Assembly (NCBI GenBank): GCA_043824255.1
Contig: JBDRTG010000040.1
Coordinates: 1-64,000, forward strand
Origin: a bacterium
GTDB taxonomy: Bacteria; JAHJDO01
DNA length: 64,000 nucleotides
Direction of reading: 5' to 3'
Every line of letters begins with the position of its first letter. Position 1 is the stretch's first letter. Positions 60,501 through 64,000 of this stretch are shown piece after piece. The position numbers and the translations under genes were made by a program. The notes under the pieces were generated by a model, which made no database searches, had not been told where the DNA came from, and saw nothing but the letters and a program-made list of their open reading frames with translations.

Positions 60501-60692
60501 CTGATCCTCTACATCTTTCGGACTTCTCCCCGGCCAATCTGCATAGACAATTACCTGAAGCTCGCCAATATCGGGAATGGCGTCTATGGGAGTATTTTTC
60601 ATTGAAGAGAAACCCCAGACGATAAGGAGGGCAAAAGCTGCTATAACCAGAAATCTATTTTTAAGACAGCTTTCGATAATTTTGTTTATCAT
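57561..60692 (-). CDS. cusA: CusA/CzcA heavy-metal RND efflux pump
   Basis: IDAIPD, LGPDATALG, NIMSLGGIAIAIG, EFMPPLNEG, RIDMLATG. Confidence 0.93.
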   Translation of the reverse strand: MINKIIESCLKNRFLVIAAFALLIVWGFSSMKNTPIDAIPDIGELQVIVYADWPGRSPKDVEDQVIYPLTTGLMGTPEVKVVRSTSAFGFGLVNMIFKEGTDFYWARTRVLERLDFAKKDVPKDVSITLGPDATALGQIFWYTVEGDGYDLVKLRSIHDWYIRYQLNAVEGVSEVASVGGYVKQYQIDIDPNKLLAHNIKIHEVISAVQKSNIDVGAKVFEEGGVEFIVRGLGFIKSVSDIENIVVAVKAGTPIYVKNLSTVTIGPDFRRGALDKAGKEVTGGVILMRYGENPLKVIERIKEKIEELSVGLPKGVKIVPFYDRTSLILRAIGTLKSALTQEIIITVFVIIVFLLHFWGSVVISIVLPIGVLIAFIFMRQFGVDANIMSLGGIAIAIGVMVDSGCVLVENIYRKLATRQKETGVSRLTSEERLNTCIEGAQEVGKPVFFALLTTVVGFMPVFVLTGQAGKLFRPLAFTKTFAMVGAAVIALTLLPTLCYYLLRGRLRDASENKTTRILHKGYNPIIGWSLKHKKIVILISLAVIIVGLLCASLMKQEFMPPLNEGDLLFMPVLLPGASLTQVMEVMRKQDIIIKKLPEVEWVVGKLGRAETSTDPAPVVMIETMIHLKDKKFWRKGMMREKLISEIQEKTRMPGVSPIMTQPIRNRIDMLATGIQTPVGIKVFGSDLNKIVEIATQIEKIVAKVEGAVSPYAERISNRPYFEIDIDREQAARYGVKVGDIQHIIMTAIGGMNLTTTVEGRERYPVRIRYLRELRDSPEALNRIFVSTPNGEHIPLAQLAKLKKVLGPAVVNSENTLTYARVFVNVNQEKVGLIDFVHNAQAAVKEKITSGELKLPSQYFISWSGQFESEMESRKRLIPSLIIALSIIMLLLYMAFKNFGALFILSTGIPVSLMGGIILLFLLGFKFSTAVWVGFIALFGVATDNAVVLLSTLDDLFKKKVPKTIEDIRQTVIAGGLLRVRPAMMTTVTTILALMPIMLSTGTGSEIMKPMASPTVGGLITATLSNLILVPVLYCWIKERQLKKY

Positions 60693-60702
60693 AATTTATG
60701 CT

Positions 60703-61911
60703 TTAATGTTGATGAACAGGGGCTGGCTTTTTTTCTTCCATACCCATCGCTCCGCCATACGCCGCTGCTGCAACCCCGCTAATCTGGCTTTGTGAATCAA
60801 TAAGAAAGTTTGCTTTGGTTACCACAAGTTCACCTTCTTTAAGACCCCCAAGAACAGGATAAAATTTAGTAACTCTGCCATCTATTTTAGATGTAGCTTC
60901 GGGTCCAGTTTTAACAATTTTCCCCTCATACTCCCCATTTCTTTTGTCAATCCAGACAATCTTACGCGTGCCTGTATCCAATACCGCATCTTTAGGAATT
61001 GCCAAAACCATATGCTCGCCGTCTGGGCTCATGTACATACTTATAATTACTATATCCACATACATCTCTGGTTTTAATTTTAAATCAGGATTGTCGACTT
61101 GTGTTCTGAATCTTACTGAACGCGTTTTTGGATCAATCACAGGATTTACAGAAGAAATAACCCCATCAAATTCCTCGCCAGGAAAGGCCGAAGTAGTAAC
61201 TTTCACTCTCTGACCTGCTTTTATCCAACTTAATTCATATTCGTAAACATCACCATAAATCCACATCTTTTTTTCTGGTAAAATAAGGCTAGTGTGAACT
61301 TCTCTCTTTTTCTCTAATTCTTTGATTTGTTTTTTACCTAAACCTAAAAGTCTTAATTTTCTTTTTGAAGACTCAAGCAAATTTTTGGCTCTTTCTTTAA
61401 TCTCGGAGATTCTTCCCTCTTGCATTTTATCCAGGGTCTTCAGGGCAGAAATAAATTCCTCTTGGGCAATTGCCAGTTGCGGATCATAGGCAACTCTACC
61501 TACAGTGCGTATCTCTTTATAAAGATGAAGTTTTCTTACCGGCTTAGTCTTGACCCCAGCCAACCTTATTTGCTCACCTTTTATCTTAACCCTGCTTACA
61601 ACGTCTTTTGACTTATCTATTTCTTCTTCATCTTTGGCATCTTCTCTATAAACTGGTATCAATTTCATATTGCAAATTGGACAGTTCACATTCCCTCTAT
61701 TGTACTCTTCTGGCGAAACTTTTACGCTCGGATGCATACCGCAGGTATAATGAACTATTTCTTTCTCTACGGATTCTTTGCTAACTTGCGACGAGACTGC
61801 TGACTCTTTTTTGCTGCAAGATGTAAGAGAAGATATCACTGCAGCTAAAATAATAAGACCTATTAGAATCCACATATATTTATTAAATTTAGAACTTCCA
61901 CAACAACTCAT
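60703..61911 (-). CDS. cusB: RND periplasmic adaptor, CusB-like, with heavy-metal-binding motif
   Basis: YTCGMHP...CPICNMKL; LKPEMY; FLIDSQS. Confidence 0.88.
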   Translation of the reverse strand: MSCCGSSKFNKYMWILIGLIILAAVISSLTSCSKKESAVSSQVSKESVEKEIVHYTCGMHPSVKVSPEEYNRGNVNCPICNMKLIPVYREDAKDEEEIDKSKDVVSRVKIKGEQIRLAGVKTKPVRKLHLYKEIRTVGRVAYDPQLAIAQEEFISALKTLDKMQEGRISEIKERAKNLLESSKRKLRLLGLGKKQIKELEKKREVHTSLILPEKKMWIYGDVYEYELSWIKAGQRVKVTTSAFPGEEFDGVISSVNPVIDPKTRSVRFRTQVDNPDLKLKPEMYVDIVIISMYMSPDGEHMVLAIPKDAVLDTGTRKIVWIDKRNGEYEGKIVKTGPEATSKIDGRVTKFYPVLGGLKEGELVVTKANFLIDSQSQISGVAAAAYGGAMGMEEKKPAPVHQH

Positions 61912-61923
61912 CTTAAACCCTCC

Positions 61924-63207
61924 TTATAAATTTTTACCCACAACCCTTTCTAAAAATGCAATGGATTTCTGATAATCAACCATTGCTCTGTAATAAGCTA
62001 ACCTTGTTTGTAAAAGTGCTCTTTCCGCATCAAGCCAGTTTAAAAAATCAACTCTGCCTGTTTCGTAACCGGTTCTTGCCGCTTCAAAAGACTGCTCTGT
62101 CTGTGGTATTAATGCAGTTTTATATAATGAAATGATATCTTTATAAGTAGTAATCTTAAAATATACATCCTCTATCTCATAAGTTGCACTATTTTCTATA
62201 TTTTGATAATTTTTTTTAATTGCTTTCAATTTAACTTCTTTCTCTTTAATTTGAGAGTTCAATTTGCCAAACCATATAGGAATATTTACTGAAACCGTTC
62301 CCATCCAGGCGTCCTGGCCATCATTAGACATTGAGGTATGACCATTTCCCACTTGAATATAGTCAAATCCCAATGTAAAATCAGGGAAACGATCCAATCT
62401 GGCCAAAGATTTTTCATATTCAGCCTTCTCTACATCCAAATTAGCTATCAATAGGTCCTGCTTTGAGGATTTAGCTATTCGGTGCAGCTCATCAAGCTTA
62501 TATTTAAACTCTGTGGGTTTGACAGTATCAATTCTTCTCAACTCTGTACCTTTTAGTCTATCAAGGATACTATTCATCTTCGCCTCAAGGCTCTTTCTAT
62601 TTTGTTTCAATAGAAATAATTTATTGATTAACTTTGAAAGTTCTACCTGGGCTTTAATCACATCCTGTTGAGGTACAATGTCTGACTCATATTTTCTTTG
62701 AGCCACTCTCTCTAAACTTTCTAATATAGTCTTTTCTTCCTCAGTTATCTGAATAGCTTTATCTACCCAGAAAATATCATAATAAACAAGTTTAATATTT
62801 TTTATGACTTCACGTTTTGTGGCTTCATATTTTTCTCTGAACATATCTACATGTTTAGACTGAACCTTTGCTTTTAGGCTGAGTTTCCCTGGAAAAGGAA
62901 TTTTCTGTGACAAGCCATATTTAGCTTCCTGCGGACCAACTTTAGTTTCAACTTTTTCTCCAAAGTAGGTATAACTTGCCTTAGGGTCAGGAAGACTTGA
63001 TACCTGTTTGATCTTTTCCATAGCGGCCTGCCAATTATAGTAAGCAGCTTGAATCTTTGGATTATTCCTTAGCGCCTCATTGACTAAATCATCTAAAACT
63101 AGTGTTTCCCCCTTTATTAAAGGCTCAGCAAATAAAAGAGAAGAATAGGCATAGAACATTAAGGTAACGGGGAAAACAATTTTCTTCCAAAACATATGCT
63201 CTATCAT
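61924..63207 (-). CDS. TolC-family outer membrane efflux protein (CusC-like)
   Basis: ALRNNPKI, SLPDP, SQKIPFPGKL, YETGRVDFL. Confidence 0.9.
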   Translation of the reverse strand: MIEHMFWKKIVFPVTLMFYAYSSLLFAEPLIKGETLVLDDLVNEALRNNPKIQAAYYNWQAAMEKIKQVSSLPDPKASYTYFGEKVETKVGPQEAKYGLSQKIPFPGKLSLKAKVQSKHVDMFREKYEATKREVIKNIKLVYYDIFWVDKAIQITEEEKTILESLERVAQRKYESDIVPQQDVIKAQVELSKLINKLFLLKQNRKSLEAKMNSILDRLKGTELRRIDTVKPTEFKYKLDELHRIAKSSKQDLLIANLDVEKAEYEKSLARLDRFPDFTLGFDYIQVGNGHTSMSNDGQDAWMGTVSVNIPIWFGKLNSQIKEKEVKLKAIKKNYQNIENSATYEIEDVYFKITTYKDIISLYKTALIPQTEQSFEAARTGYETGRVDFLNWLDAERALLQTRLAYYRAMVDYQKSIAFLERVVGKNL

Positions 63208-63305
63208 CTTCTAGGATTAGTCTAACATAATCTTCAATCTTTTTAAATATCTGCTCCATCGCTGAATTTTCTCGAAGATAATAAAAGTCCTTTCACGATT
63301 TCCCT

Positions 63306-63713
63306 TTAAAAATGCACCTCCATTGCTCGCACCGGACAAGCCTTTACACAAAATCCACAAGCAATACATTTATTGTCATAGAAATGGACCTTTCTAGTTA
63401 AAGACTCTACTACTAAGGCAGCAGTAGGACAAATCGGAACACAGACGCCACAATCAGTGCATCTTCTTTCATTACGAACAATATCTTGAGATAAAGGCTG
63501 TACTTTTACTCCGACCTCTGTCAAATACTGAATGCCTTGTTTATAGTCTTCGCCCTCTCCGCTCAATTCTAAAACTAAGAGACCTTCTTCTCTGGGGGTA
63601 ACATAAGCCTTTAAGATATTAAACTCGAGATTATAGTCTCTAACCAACTTACATACTATCGGTTGGTCTACAAGTTTATGGGGAAAATGAAGAACCATTC
63701 TTTTAGAGATCAT
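63306..63713 (-). CDS. NIL-domain ferredoxin (partner of DUF39 homocysteine biosynthesis enzyme)
   Basis: QPIVCKLVRDYNLEFNILKA NIL domain; CTDCGVCVPICP and CIACGFCVKACP. Confidence 0.9.
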   Translation of the reverse strand: MISKRMVLHFPHKLVDQPIVCKLVRDYNLEFNILKAYVTPREEGLLVLELSGEGEDYKQGIQYLTEVGVKVQPLSQDIVRNERRCTDCGVCVPICPTAALVVESLTRKVHFYDNKCIACGFCVKACPVRAMEVHF

Positions 63714-63750
63714 CTCTATCGTCTCCTACTTCTTTACTCTATCCTGAGTG

Positions 63751-64000
63751 TTATTCAATCGGCCTTTCATTTAGTGGCTTGAAGGTATATCCTGTCTCTG
63801 GGCCGGGCAGATAGGCTACAGGCTCACTCAGAAGAAAATCGCCTTTTTCAATCCATTCCTTCAGAATGTTGGCAATCTCTACTGCTTTGGAGTAACTTGA
63901 TAGATTTCCGGTAGGTACTTTCTTTCCTTCAACAGTAATCTCTCCACTATTGAGCTGAGCATAGTTCACTTCACCAAGACTGTCCTTTTTCCCCTGCGGA
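63751..64000 (-). CDS. DUF39 homocysteine biosynthesis (sulfur-incorporating) protein, 3' end (partial)
   Basis: Frame open to window edge: PQGKKDSLGEVNYAQLNSGEI...SSYSKAVEIANILKEWIEKGDFLL; adjacent to NIL-ferredoxin. Confidence 0.85.
   Translation of the reverse strand, partial: PQGKKDSLGEVNYAQLNSGEITVEGKKVPTGNLSSYSKAVEIANILKEWIEKGDFLLSEPVAYLPGPETGYTFKPLNERPIE

Noticed and set aside
1722..61972. Numerous short ORF-track entries antisense to or nested in confident genes (e.g. 2907..3404, 12944..13414, 19758..20369, 53463..53885)
   Set aside because: Shadow frames of well-supported genes with no recognisable motifs.
63751..63969. 72-aa ORF as a complete gene
   Set aside because: The frame stays open to the window edge; it is the 3' end of the DUF39 gene.
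1..64000. CRISPR arrays, rRNA genes, riboswitches
   Set aside because: No regularly spaced repeats or rRNA-like sequence; intergenic gaps are short and no riboswitch was recognisable by eye (an Rfam scan would settle it).

Overview
AT-rich bacterial chromosome window from a diderm (LptFG, Mla, TolC), probably anaerobic organism; the taxon cannot be fixed from sequence alone. Positions 1-20181 hold the tuf 3' end and the S10-spc-alpha ribosomal cluster, which lacks rpmD and map at their usual positions. The main anomaly is two paralogous, apparently promoterless cassettes of secreted-protein genes: one inside the spc operon between rpsH and rplF (about 6.1 kb) and one directly after rplQ (about 7.3 kb). 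Both follow one plan: an Ig-like protein with constant N-terminus and swapped C-terminus, two TolB/PD40 beta-propellers, and an enzyme with a swapped N-terminal catalytic domain (permuted papain-like versus lipase-like), a shared core and a divergent C-terminal domain. They share their 5' boundary and a 3' 19-codon mini-ORF that overlaps the next gene. This looks like an undescribed modular (polymorphic-effector-like) secreted system riding on ribosomal-operon expression; that function is inference. Downstream lie an MNT-HEPN pair, an orphan Fd-EtfA, ftsY, an uncharacterised five-gene operon (degenerate M28/FtsX giant, OPT-like, PqqD-like, FtsX, ABC ATPase), a diguanylate cyclase converging on an mlaE-(PilZ-mlaF)-mlaD-lptF-lptG operon headed by tRNA-His and tRNA-Arg(UCG), TPR/glycan-binding genes, a GlmU-like gene, pilHIG-like genes, nadA, mnmA, iscS, cusCBA-like efflux genes and the NIL-ferredoxin/DUF39 homocysteine genes. 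All calls come from motif recognition by eye; no searches were run.
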